The translations under genes and the position numbers were made by a program. A stretch of 63,230 bases of DNA, filler included, from Ministeria vibrans ATCC 50519 (lineage: Eukaryota; Protista; Filasterea): NCBI GenBank assembly GCA_943704425.1. It is 10 parts of 10 records of this genome, joined end to end, with 100 filler letters (N's around TTAATTAATTAA, not from the genome) between each part and the next. Parts side by side here need not be neighbours in the genome. Positions count along the whole stretch, not along the records: positions 14,982 to 42,625 come from CALSCP010000348.1; 9 more parts are not named here. One strand, given 5' to 3'. This document shows positions 27,203 to 38,214 of this stretch, in pieces. How positions within the stretch are numbered: position 1 is the first letter of the stretch; each line of letters opens with the position of its first letter. Below the pieces are notes generated by a model. That model was not told the DNA's origin, searched no databases, and saw nothing but the letters and a program-made list of their open reading frames with translations.

Positions 27203-30200
27203 ACGGGGGCGTATGGTCTTCCAGGGGGTCCGCAGCAACAGCAGCAGCAGCAGCAACAGCAATTGTCGTCGTATGAACTGGCATTTTTCTCGCAGGTGCG
27301 TTCCGCACTCGACAATGACGTCGTCTACGAGAACTTTTTGCGCCTCCTCAACATGTTCATCAACGAGATTATAACTCGCGTCGAGCTTGTGCAACTGGCG
27401 GGAAATTTTCTGTCGCGCTTTGGTGATCTTTACGATTGGTTCAAGCAGTATGTGGGCTACCGTGGTGAGCTCGATGGCACCGAGTACGACGGTGTCACCG
27501 GTGGCGTGCCTCCGATGCTCACGACGCCCGCCGCGAAGTCCGTGCATGCCTCTGCGTCTTCGGGTGCTGCCGTCGCAAGTGGTACGGCATCGACTTCGAC
27601 GACAGGTGCGGCGGCTGCCGCAGCCGGTAGCAGCGGAACCTTCTACGGCATCAGTGGCGTGCGTCCGGGCCACGGCTACGACATGCCACCGTCGAGTGCG
27701 CCTCAAATCGACTTTTCCACCTGCAAGCGGCTTGGTTTCAGCTACCGCGCGCTTCCCAAGAGTCTGCAGCAGGCCAAGTGCAGCGGTCGTACTGCACTGT
27801 GCCACGAGGTGCTCAACGACCAGTGGGTGAGCTTTCCGACGTGGAGCGAAGACTCGACCTTTGTGTCGTCCAAGAAGAATGTCTTTGAAGACGCCATGTT
27901 CAAGGCGGAGGACGAGCGCTTCGAGCTGGACCTTGTCATCGAGGTGAACCTCGCGACCATTCGCGTACTGCAGCCCATTGCACAAAAGCTCGAGGCAATG
28001 AGTGCCGAAGAGGCGGCACGCCAGACTCTCGGGCGTACGCTTGGAGGTGCCTCCGCACGCATCCACGAGCGTGCCATAGAACGTGTTTACGGTGACCGTG
28101 CCGAAGACGTCATTCTCATGCTACGTGACCATCCGGCCGCAACCGTCTCTATCGTGCTCGCTCGTCTACACAAAAAAGACGAAGAGTGGCGTGCCGCTCA
28201 GAAGGAATGGAACAAGATCTGGCGGACACAACATGAGAGCAACGCTCTCAAGGCGCTTGATCATCGTGGCATTCCGTTCAAGGCAAACGACAAGCGTGCC
28301 ATCAGCACACGCAGCATCATTTCGGATTTTGAGACGATGCTCCTTGAAGAACGCGAGCAGACTCCAGCACCACCGTCCACCATCGCTGGCGCACCGCCAC
28401 AACCGCCCCATCTCACCTTCGCGTACGACTCCGCCGACATCTTCACTCTCTGTCACAAGCTCATCCGTCAGTTTCTCGGACGCAACATGTCGTCGTCGAA
28501 CCAACACGACCGCGACCACGCAACGCGCTTCTTGCGACTCTTCACCTGCGACTTCTTTGATGTCGAACTCAAACTGGACGCCGCGGACTTGGAACATGAT
28601 GACACCGCGAACGCGGAGGAGTCACCTAAGGCCATAGAAGTTGACGAGTCGGTCGCTGCTTCAACAACCACAACAACAACAACAACAACAGCAGCAGCAG
28701 CAGCAGCAACCGCGACGACGACAAGTACCGTGACAAATGCAACACCAGATGCAACAACGGCAGGCGGAGCGGCGTCGTCAGCGGCAGCGTCGCTCACGTT
28801 GGCCGCTGGCAAAGTGCGCCCCATTGTCATGACCCCCGACGACGAACCCAATGCGCCGGCGATGCCTCGCTCTACCCACATCTTCTATGTAAATACCTCT
28901 TGGGTTGTGTTCTTCCGGCTTCACCAGGTACCACATGCAACAATCAAGAATATTATAATTATTATTAATATTATTGTTATTATATTTTTATTCTTTGATT
29001 CATTCATTTTTTTTGTTTCTCTCTGTTTTTAGTTGTTGTACGAACGACTCAAGGGCATCAAGGAAGTGGCGGACGCAATGACATCGGAGAAGAAGGCGCG
29101 ACGGGAAGAAGAGGCAAATTTGACGAGATTGATGGACGAAAGCAACAGTATTACGTGGGACGACGGGTCGGTGGACGTCCGTCGCCGTGCCGAACTTGCC
29201 GAAGAGCTCAAGCTGCGTGACAAGGGCCTTGCCGCCGAGACCGAGGATTTTTTTGCGACCTACATGGACTTGCTTACCGAGCTTATCGAGGGGCGTCTCG
29301 ACTCGGTACGAATTGCTGCACTATACTCTATACTTCAATGGAGGCAGGTGATTTTAATTTTTGTTGTGCTTTTCTTCGCTGTGTAGACCGCATATGAAGA
29401 CATGTGTCGTGAGTTGTTTGTGACCAAAGCTTATCCTGTGTACACCCTTGACAAGCTGCTTCACAGTCTCATGCGACACGTACGCCATTGTTCTTGTGTT
29501 GAATGTGGTTTTTGAAACATGAGTTTTTTTTTTTTTTTTAGTTGAATACGGTTGCGACCGACGAGACGTGCAAGAAGCTTCTTGAGTTGTACGAGTATGA
29601 GAAAACGCGCAAGACGGACGCAGTGTCGCTGGAGGCATCGAGCCGCGCTAATGCTGTGGGGCTTCTTGGCGATGACAACTGCTTTCGCGTTGCCTATGTA
29701 CGTGTGTCTTTTCCTTTTTTCTGTGCAGTGCCAAGTTTTCACTATTGCAATTTTGTTGTTTGCTTTAGGACACGACGTGTAAATCGATGCAGGTGCGTCT
29801 ATTGGATCGCGTCGAGTCGTCGCATCACAGTCTCAGTGCAGTGGACGAGAAGGTATTGATATTTTCTCGCGATAACTCTCCATACGAACCTAAGACGTGT
29901 GGATTAAAAATAATTATCATGTTTGTATCTTTTATTTGTTGTTTTGCTATTGCAGTGGTCGGAGTATGTGGACAACTTTGTGCGGCAGGAGGAGACCTCT
30001 CCGCGATTTGAGGGTCTGGTGAACAAAGTGATGATGCAGCGCAATGTGCGTCGCCGCGCGGAGCAGATTCCAGCGGGACTGGAGATTGTCAACAACCTCG
30101 AGTGTCTCATTTGTGTGAACACCTTCAAAATGTTCTATCTGCAAGACAGCGAAGACTACCTGAGTCGCCAAGGCGCTCTTGCTCAAGCAGAAAAGGTCAG

Positions 30201-30693
30201 ACTGAAACCAACGAGGAAGGGTCGAAATTATAATTATTTTGTTGACGGTGACTCTTTTTTGATACAGACTGGCTTGAAATCGTGTGCGCGTAGACGGCAA
30301 AAATGGTCGGGGGTGCATGAGAAGATGGTGTCGAACGTGAGTGCGGATGGGGCACAGGTGATGAAGTGGATGAAGCAGGGATGTGAGACAGTGTCAGTGG
30401 CACGGCCCTCCGGTGCCACTGTCATTGAATACCATGCCATTGCTGGCTCTGCGTCCGTCGTGGCGCCCGTGTCAACCCAAGTAGCGCCCGAGACCGCAAC
30501 GACGACGACGACGACGACGACGACGACAGGAACAACAACAACAACAACGACGACAACGTCAAGTGCAACTGAGGCTCCAGCACCGAACGATACGTCAGCA
30601 GCCTCCAATGCCCCGAGTGTGCCCGCTGCGTCGGTTGAGACTGCCGAGGCGCCCGCCGCTACCGACGCTGGGGTCACACCAATGGAATTGTAG
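25633..30693 (+). CDS. SIN3: Paired amphipathic helix co-repressor Sin3
   Basis: PAH1 QRLKVEDALSYLDQVK..|VYNQFLEIMKEFK..IDTPGVISRVS.LF; PAH2 VEFNHAISYVNKIK; PAH3 VYENFLRLLNMF. HDAC-interaction region SYRALPK..CSGRT.LC.EVLNDQWVSFPTWSEDS; C-terminal YEDMCRELF.TKAY.VYTLDKL. Contains polyQ tracts. Confidence 0.97.
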
Positions 30694-30852
30694 GCTTGTC
30701 AGAAAGTCAATTTGAGTGAACACAGAGAGAGAATAGTTTTATTATGATCTTTTATTATTCTTTTCATTTTTTTGAGGGGGGGGGGCTAGGGTTGACAAAC
30801 AAAGTAGGCATACTAATATTTTTATTTTGTTCTTGTACACTGCGAGCGTCAG

Positions 30853-32512
30853 CTACCAGCACTGACGCATAATACGGGCAATGTCGGCAAGGCGGTCACC
30901 CTTTTCCTTACGCATGGCGGAGAAGAGAACCGTCTCAATGTAGTTGGCGAGGATGATGGTGCGCAGGTGCGGGTGGAGGGCCTGCAGATGCGCCGCGGCC
31001 GACTGAGCACGCGTGCGGATGGTGGCGGCAAGAGCGGGCGAATCGTACTTGGCGGTGGCACGTGCGAGGTCAAGGTCGGGTAGAGGGCAGTAGCGGCGCA
31101 TGGGGACGAGAGAGGCTGACGTGTTAAAGCGCACAACTTGAGTGGCGTAGCGGGAGTCAAGAAGACGGTTGAGGAAGCGAGAAGGAGGTGCATCGTCGGC
31201 CATTGAGAGTGAGATGACGTGTGAGAGGTAGGCACGGACGGTGCGCCACCATGCACGGCGGGTAAAAATGGGCTCGAGGGGCAGTGGGAGGGCAAATAGA
31301 GCGGCAATGCGATCGTCGGTGGGCGCCTCGAGGGTGTGTGCACTCACCGCCACCGTGTACTTGGAGACAGACTCGACACGGAAGTGCCTGGTGCAGAGGA
31401 AAGCGAATGTCAAGCGATCGGCTGTGATGTTTGTAGAACGTACCAGTATGGAGGAATGTAAAGAAGCTCGCCTTTAGACAGAGTTGTAGTGAAGGGAGTG
31501 ATTGTGCTGAGACGGGGAAAACGAGAGAGGTCGGGGTGGTCAAGATTCGCCTGCGAAAACGACTGGAAAGGATGGAGTGACGGAAAGACATAGAGACTCT
31601 CGTGGTCGGCCGGCGGATAGAGAGTGTACTCGTCGGTGCCATACACTTGCAAACGAAAGCTGTGTGCCGTCTCAAAGTGCGTGTCCAAGTACACTGTGCG
31701 CGCGCCACTCATCCACACGTAGGTCTATAAAGCAGACAGAAGTCAAAGCGGGTATGAGTGACGAGAGAGAGCGAGTCATACCGACACCTCTGTAGGGTCG
31801 CCAAGAAACTCTAGAGGAGTCATGTCCTCTTCGATGGATTTGTGCGACGTGAGTGGCGTTGACATCATAAAGTAGCTATGTGGGCAGCGTACATATTTTA
31901 AGAGTCATCTTTAGGTATTGGTCAACAACACAATTTTCACAACGGCAATAGTGAGTCGTAGGCAAGGGACATCGACTGATGAAGACAATCACTAAATCGC
32001 AAATGCAGGCCAGACAGCATACCTGCTGGGAGACTCATGGATTTTCTTCTGAAATTCGCCCGCAGCCGTCAGGAAGGACTTCCAAGGCGCCTCGTTGATG
32101 CAGTAGTCGACCTCGAGCGCCAACGGCTGAGCCTGCGACCACATCCGAAAACGTGGGTTGCTCTCTTGCGACTGGGCAATGAGGGCCGGCAGTGATCGGG
32201 CGAGATAGGAGAAGGTCCAGTTGGCGGCAGGCCACTTGCTACGTCAAGCAATGTGTGGGTGAGAATAATCAAACAAACACAAACCATTTTCGACCGATAC
32301 AGTGCGGGAGAGTCGACCAGAACCACAGGAAAGGCTCGGTCCATGATTGCACGGGCAGCCACACTGTCGTCCTTGTCACGCGACCACTGGCGAATCTCGA
32401 GAGGGATCGCCATGGCGCTCGATTCGTGGGGCAGCGCAATTTGGACTGCGTCGGTTTGATCGCCGGCGATCAAGACAAATGCAAGCATGCACTGAAGAGG
32501 TAGAGAGCGCAT
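30853..32512 (-). CDS. JmjC/cupin-8 (FIH/JMJD5-like) protein with a possible signal peptide (about 5 exons)
   Basis: FPVVLVDSP, VWMSGARTVYLDTHFE, FRLQVYG, LYPPADHESLYVFPSLHP, SQANLDHPDLSRFP and TLSKGELLYIPPYW|HFRVES. Confidence 0.8.
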
Positions 32513-32706
32513 GGCAATGATGACATGAATAATTGATTTTTTTTTAATTTTCATTCTGACTTTCACTCCCAAAGTCCAGAGAAACCAAAACTCCAAAGTC
32601 CAAAATCCAAATCTGAAATCAGACTTTTTCTTGTCGTCTCCCCATCCCCCCCGCTCGCCCTGCTTCCGTCGCTTTTACCGATCGATCACAATTCGTGTGC
32701 AAGTAC

Positions 32707-33413
32707 ATGCTACGATTCCAATGTACCGAATGCAACGACTCTTGTGACGAGTCCTTTGATACCTACCGCTGTGGGAGATGTGCCGGTCCAATGCGCATTG
32801 CAGTCCAAGACGCATGGAAAGCCGCAAAGTTCCCAAAGTAAGCATAGTGCCAAAGTGTGTGACTGTGTATACTACAGCTTAGTTGACACCGCTCGCCTTC
32901 CAGAGACCTCATTGCGAGCCGTCCTGCCACGATGTGGCGGTACCGAGAGGCCTTGCACGTGCCACCCGGCGACGCAGTGACACTCGGAGAGGGAATGACT
33001 CCGTTGGTAGCGGCTGACTTTGGCGACGTCGGCTCCGTGCACTTCAAGCTGGACTATTGCAATCCAACGGGCTCCTGTACGACATTCGCTCCATTGGCGT
33101 TCTATATCTCATCCGAATTGTTGTTGTTGATGATGATGATGTTGTTGTTGTTGTGTGTGTCCTGTGTTGCAGACAAAGATCGAGGTGCGTCGGTGTTGAT
33201 GTCGCATCTACAGTGGATGGGCGGGCGATGCAGTCAGCCGCTCACGCAAGTGAAGGACGACTCGTCGGGCAATGCAGGAAGCGCGCTGGCCTGCTATGCC
33301 GCTCGCTGCAACATCCCGTGTGAAATATATACGCCATCGTGCACGTCGGAAGGGAAACTTTGCCAGGTACCGAAAGAGACGTGCACAAGAGGCGGATGAT
33401 AACAGGCAACATT

Positions 33414-33501
<88 letters not shown>

Positions 33502-34166
33502 TGCGGATGTACGGTGCGACCGTGAGACTGGTTGATGGTACTCGTGCAGACGCGACACGTGCGGTTACAGACGGACCCGGGGTGTACGCTTCGCACAACT
33601 GGCATCCGGTGTACATGGAGGGCGTGAAGACAATGGCATTTGAAGTGTGTGAACAGCTGGGATGGCGTGCGCCCGATGCCATTGTGCTCCCCGTTGGCTA
33701 CGGCAGCGTGCTACTTGGTCTTGCTCAAGGGTTTCGCGACCTCCGCGATGCCGGGGTGATTTCCGTTCTTCCGCGATTGCTTGGTGTTCAGTCAGCCGAG
33801 GTGTGTCCTGTGGCGCGAGCCATGGACGCAGGCGAGATCCAGTGCACGGCGATGAAGCAGCTGGGGCCGACGCTCGCGGAAGGAATTGCTGCAGAGGACC
33901 CTGTGCGAGGTCGTGAGATGCTAGTGGCCCTGCGCGAGTTCAATGGTGCGATGACAACCGCGACGTATGCCCAGATTCGTCAAGGACTTATTGACATTGG
34001 TCGTCTCGGCTTCTTTGTTGAGCCTACCTCCGCCATTGTTGCACACGGTCTGCGCCACTTTCGCACCACCGGTCACATTGCTCCTGAATCAACTGTCGTT
34101 GCCATTTTGACAGGTACCGGTCTCAAGGCAACCTCGAAAATTATGTCTGTCGTGAATGAAAAATAG
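32707..34166 (+). CDS. thrC: Prokaryote-type threonine synthase-like PLP enzyme with an N-terminal Zn ribbon (4 exons)
   Basis: CTEC..RCGRCAGPM, MWRYREAL, TLGEGMTPLV, NPTGS|YKDRG (PLP lysine), DDSSGNAG, YASHNWHP, PVGYGS, TLAEGI, VEPTSA and LTGTGLK. Introns at 32838-32903, 33077-33171 and 33367-33500. Confidence 0.85.
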
Positions 34167-34544
34167 GCACCAGATGCACCACATTGTTATTGTCCAGGGA
34201 GGGACAGAGATAATATTAAAATAGATAATAAAATAGCGAATAGAGCGCTTAATTATGTGTCTTCTTGTTGATGATTGTGAATGAGAAAATAAATAATCAA
34301 GATACGAAACAATTAATTAGCAAAGGGCACTTCCGCGGCTTCTCTCTTCCGTCGTATTGAAAGAATAGGAAAATAAATAGAGAATCGAGAGCTGTACTAT
34401 GTCTTAAAGAATAATGACAACAAAAATTGAAATGACGTAATTCGTAAATAAGTATAAACTATTATTATTTTTATTATTATTATAATTATTATATTTAATA
34501 TTACTAGTAACTAGTTTACTACTTTTCAGACTTTCAGTCACAGC

Positions 34545-35813
34545 ATGGCTGCGACCGTTGCGAACACCGCGAGCGCCTCGTCGTTAACTGCGTTGGAGAC
34601 TGCGAATCGAATGCCATCTCGCGTGAAATTCCAAATACAAGTCATTGCTGCGAAAAACCTCATTGCCAAGGACCTCAATGGTAACGCCGACAAGAAGTAC
34701 ATCTACCCGGTCGACTCGCGTCTCTGTGTACCTGTTCTTTTTTCGTGTTGTGGGGGTCACAATAAGTATTGAACTTTTTATGGGACCACATCGTTTGTGT
34801 TTGCGTTGCGGTGCGGCCACTCGCCAACGGCGGAGGCGGCTTGCACTGTCCCCTCGGCTGGCTGGCCGGAGCGGGATGGTTTGTTGTGTGCGTGGTTTGC
34901 GTTGTTTTTTGCTCTGCTTGTTCATTCTCCTTCTGTCTGTGTGTGTGAGTGTGTGTGATGTTGCTTGTGATAGTAAATTGGAATGCTTCTGTTAGGATAC
35001 TCGGATCCCTTTGTTACGCTTGCGATTGGCGAACGACAAAAGGAGAAGACCAAAGTGATTACGAAACATCTGAATCCAGTGTGGACCGACGAGATCTTTT
35101 CGTTTACGTCAGACAATCCTTCGCGCGACAAGGTAAGCCGCCATCGACCGTACGTTAGTGTGCGGCGCTTCGACAGCTTAGATGCTATGACTAATCACTT
35201 GTGCAGTGTATGACTGTTTGTCGCTACTTGTTGGCATTTTTATATGACGTTGTCTTTTTGTATTGTATTTATTTTCTGTGCTGTCAGCACTCGCGCTGTG
35301 AATTCTAGCAGCTTATAATCTTCGTGCGAGCCGTGTATGTTGTTCCTTTTTTGCTGAGGCTGGGTGTGTTTTCGTGATGTATTTGGGTGATGATTGAGTG
35401 ATTATTGGGTAGTTTCCGTCTATTACTGTATTAGTTATCATTTTGATTGTGCGGCCTGATTCTTGTCTCGCTGTGCTTTAGATTGAAGTGGTTGTATGGG
35501 ACTGGAACCGAGTCGAGCGTGATCGCTTTCTCGGCATGGTGACTCTGTCGGTGCGGGAAATATTCAGTCAGTGCATGCTCGCGGAAAAGTACCATCAAGA
35601 CGTGATGATTGGTGTCCATTCACTCGTTTTCTCTCTTCTGTAGTTTATGGGGACGCTTTCACACGCTTGAAAAACGACCCAACAAGGGCAAGGAAGTCGA
35701 TCGTGGCGAGTTGTTACTCAACTTTTGTTTGCTCAATGATGACGGATCGCCACGCGTCGCTGAAAGTAATCCGGTGACTTGTGGTTTCTTCGTGGTGGTG
35801 ATGATTGGGGGGG

Positions 35814-35851
<38 letters not shown>

Positions 35852-37731
35852 AGCACCGTCCAATGGACCGAAGCGTGCGCCGGCATCGCCCATCATTAAT
35901 CGCGCGGTCAACCGCTACGTTTCGGGCGTATCCGTCAATTCGGGTGAGTTTTAAAAATGGGCACACTTCCTCTTCTCTTTCGAACTGACGTTGAGTTGCT
36001 CTTGTGCAGTAGACGAGGTTCCCACTCGCTCGTTTGAGGCTGGAAAGAAGTTTGCACTGCGCGTGAACATTATCGAAGCAAAGGATTTGCCGCACTTTAC
36101 GCTGCGAAAGCATATGGCAACGATCAGCGTACAGATGGGCTCGACACGACGGCACACACGCGCGCTGCTGTTGAACGACTCGCGACTGCTCACATTCAAC
36201 GAGTCGCTTATTGTCAATGTGCCCGAAGGCGTGTCGGATGTCAAGGTGGCGCTGCACACGCGTGGGCGTGTCATGGGTGTTGAGCAGGAGGTGGGAAAGG
36301 CCAAAGTGCCACTGTTGGGTCTGCCCGTCGAAGGACTTGACTCCACCGACCAGACTGAGACGTTGCTTGCTGCGTCCGAGTCGCCAACGCCGCTGGACGT
36401 GGCGGTAGAATCGCCAAATTCGCTTGCGTCGCCGTCGGCACTGGCGGCCGCTCAAGACGCAACGTTGGCAGACGATGTGGCATGGCGCACTGCAAGCGCG
36501 CCGCCCGACGTGGCGCCGCAACGTGCGAGTCGCAACAGTCTGGAATTCGACACGGAACGCGCAAGCGTACGCTGGCTCACCATGGAGCGCAAAAAAATGA
36601 AGCCGCCGCCGCCTGGGTGCAGTCTCAAAGACGGCCGTGCCGGCCGTGTGTTGGTGGAGCTGTCGTTAATTGAAGGATGGGTCCAAGTGGACGGCGTTGA
36701 CAACACGTCGGAGGGCGAAGAGGGCGACGACGTCGACGACGACGACGAGCCCGTCGACGAGCCTCCCGCGACACCTGTGGCGGCACCCGATCCGCTAGAG
36801 TGGTCGCTCTTCGACGAAGATGTGCCGTGCAGCCTGACCAAGCTGCATGCGCTGACGATGCAGAAAGACAGTAAGTTTCTAGCGGCCTTTTACGTCGCCA
36901 AGAATTACACGAACACAGCGGTGACGGACTGGGATGAGGACGACCGACGCGAAGTCACGTATCTCATGCCCAAGAGTGCCATAGTCAAGGCCAACAATGT
37001 CTCCGAGAAGTGGCACTATGTCGTGAAGAGCCCGGGTGCCGGATTTATCCTTCACGTCGAGGTGAATCATTCATTTTTAGCCGTCGACCAGACTCTGAGC
37101 TTAAATTATTTGTTGTTGTTGTTGTTGCTCTTCTTCTTCTGTGTTTCTTAGACGCTGACGCCAGAAGTGCCGTATGGTGAGTCGATTGTGACCAAGATCC
37201 AGTACTACATGTGCTACCGTGGGCCCAAGCAGGCGTACCTGCGCGTCACTGCACAGGTCGAGTTCACCAAGAGCGTCAATGGCATGATGAAGTCAATGAT
37301 TCTGCGTGGCAGCAAGAACGGCATGACGGACAACTACGCGCTCTACAGTCAGGCATGAGTAGAAGTAGAAAGTGCTCCCATCATATGTTCATGTCCGTTT
37401 GTGACCCTCTATTTATCTTTGTGTGTAGATTCTGAAGAAGTTCACAAGGCCGAGCAAGGGCAAAGGCGCAGGGACTGGGGCAAGTGGTGACAGTGAGACG
37501 GCGATCATTGTGCCGTCGGGTCAGTCGTCAAGTGGTCGGTCCCTCAAGATTGCCACGTACGTCTGTCTAGTGGTCCTGTGCGTACTGCTCGCACTTCTTT
37601 ATGTTCGCATTGTCAATCTCGAGCACCACATTGTTCAGCTTACTCAGCAACTGGCCGACTCTCTTCCTCCCTCCGATGAGTCCCGTCTCCTCCCTCCGAT
37701 GAGTCCCGTCACTCTGAGTTCTGACCTGTAA
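34545..37731 (+). CDS. C2-C2-VASt (StARkin) tail-anchored lipid-transfer protein
   Basis: First C2: IQVIAAKNLIAKDLN|GYSDPFV..KTKVITKHLNPVW..VVWDWNRVERDRFLG. Second C2: LRVNIIEAKDL. VASt: RREVTY.MP..|TLTPEVPYGES..YLRVTAQVEFTK..MMKSMI. C-terminal TM YVCLVVLCVLLALLYV. Confidence 0.8.
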
Positions 37732-37843
37732 TCCTGCAGAGGAAATAAAAATAATAAATAATTTTTGAAGAAGAAGTGAAATAATTTTTGAAGAAGAACA
37801 AGACATTTCCAATAATAATAATAATAATAATAATAAAATTTTA

Positions 37844-37944
37844 CCCATGTTACCTCTTGAGTTTCGGTTGAGTTTGCAAGGCGGTCTGGCTGTGTCTTCG
37901 CGTGGTGACTGTATCATTAATAAATGGGTTGTATTCTTCTTCTT
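37844..37944 (+). mobile_element. Truncated (about 100 bp) copy of the dispersed repeat family, opposite orientation
   Basis: ccatgttacctcttgagtttcgg...gtatcattaataaatgggttgta(ttc)n, embedded between AAT/TTA tracts. Confidence 0.9.
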
Positions 37945-38214
37945 ATTATTAGTACTATAATAATTATTATTATTATAATTATATTTTTTTGAATTTTGAC
38001 GTCTTGTCATCAGTCAGCAACCTGTCTTATGCCTAATGTCTTCGTTCCTTCGACCTTCAGACCCTCTCAACGCTCTTGTTACAGTCTTGTACCTTACAAA
38101 GGAAGTTTGTCACACATTACACTTATATTCAACGTTTAATGTCCAATGATCTCTGATGACTGATCACCGATCTCAAATTCTCATTTTCTCATACTTTTTT
38201 TTGTACGGTGCGCC

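Noticed and set aside
30853-32512. JmjC hydroxylase as a partner of the EGF proteins in a linked system
   Set aside because: The genes lie on different contigs, and EGF beta-hydroxylation is done by ASPH, a different family.
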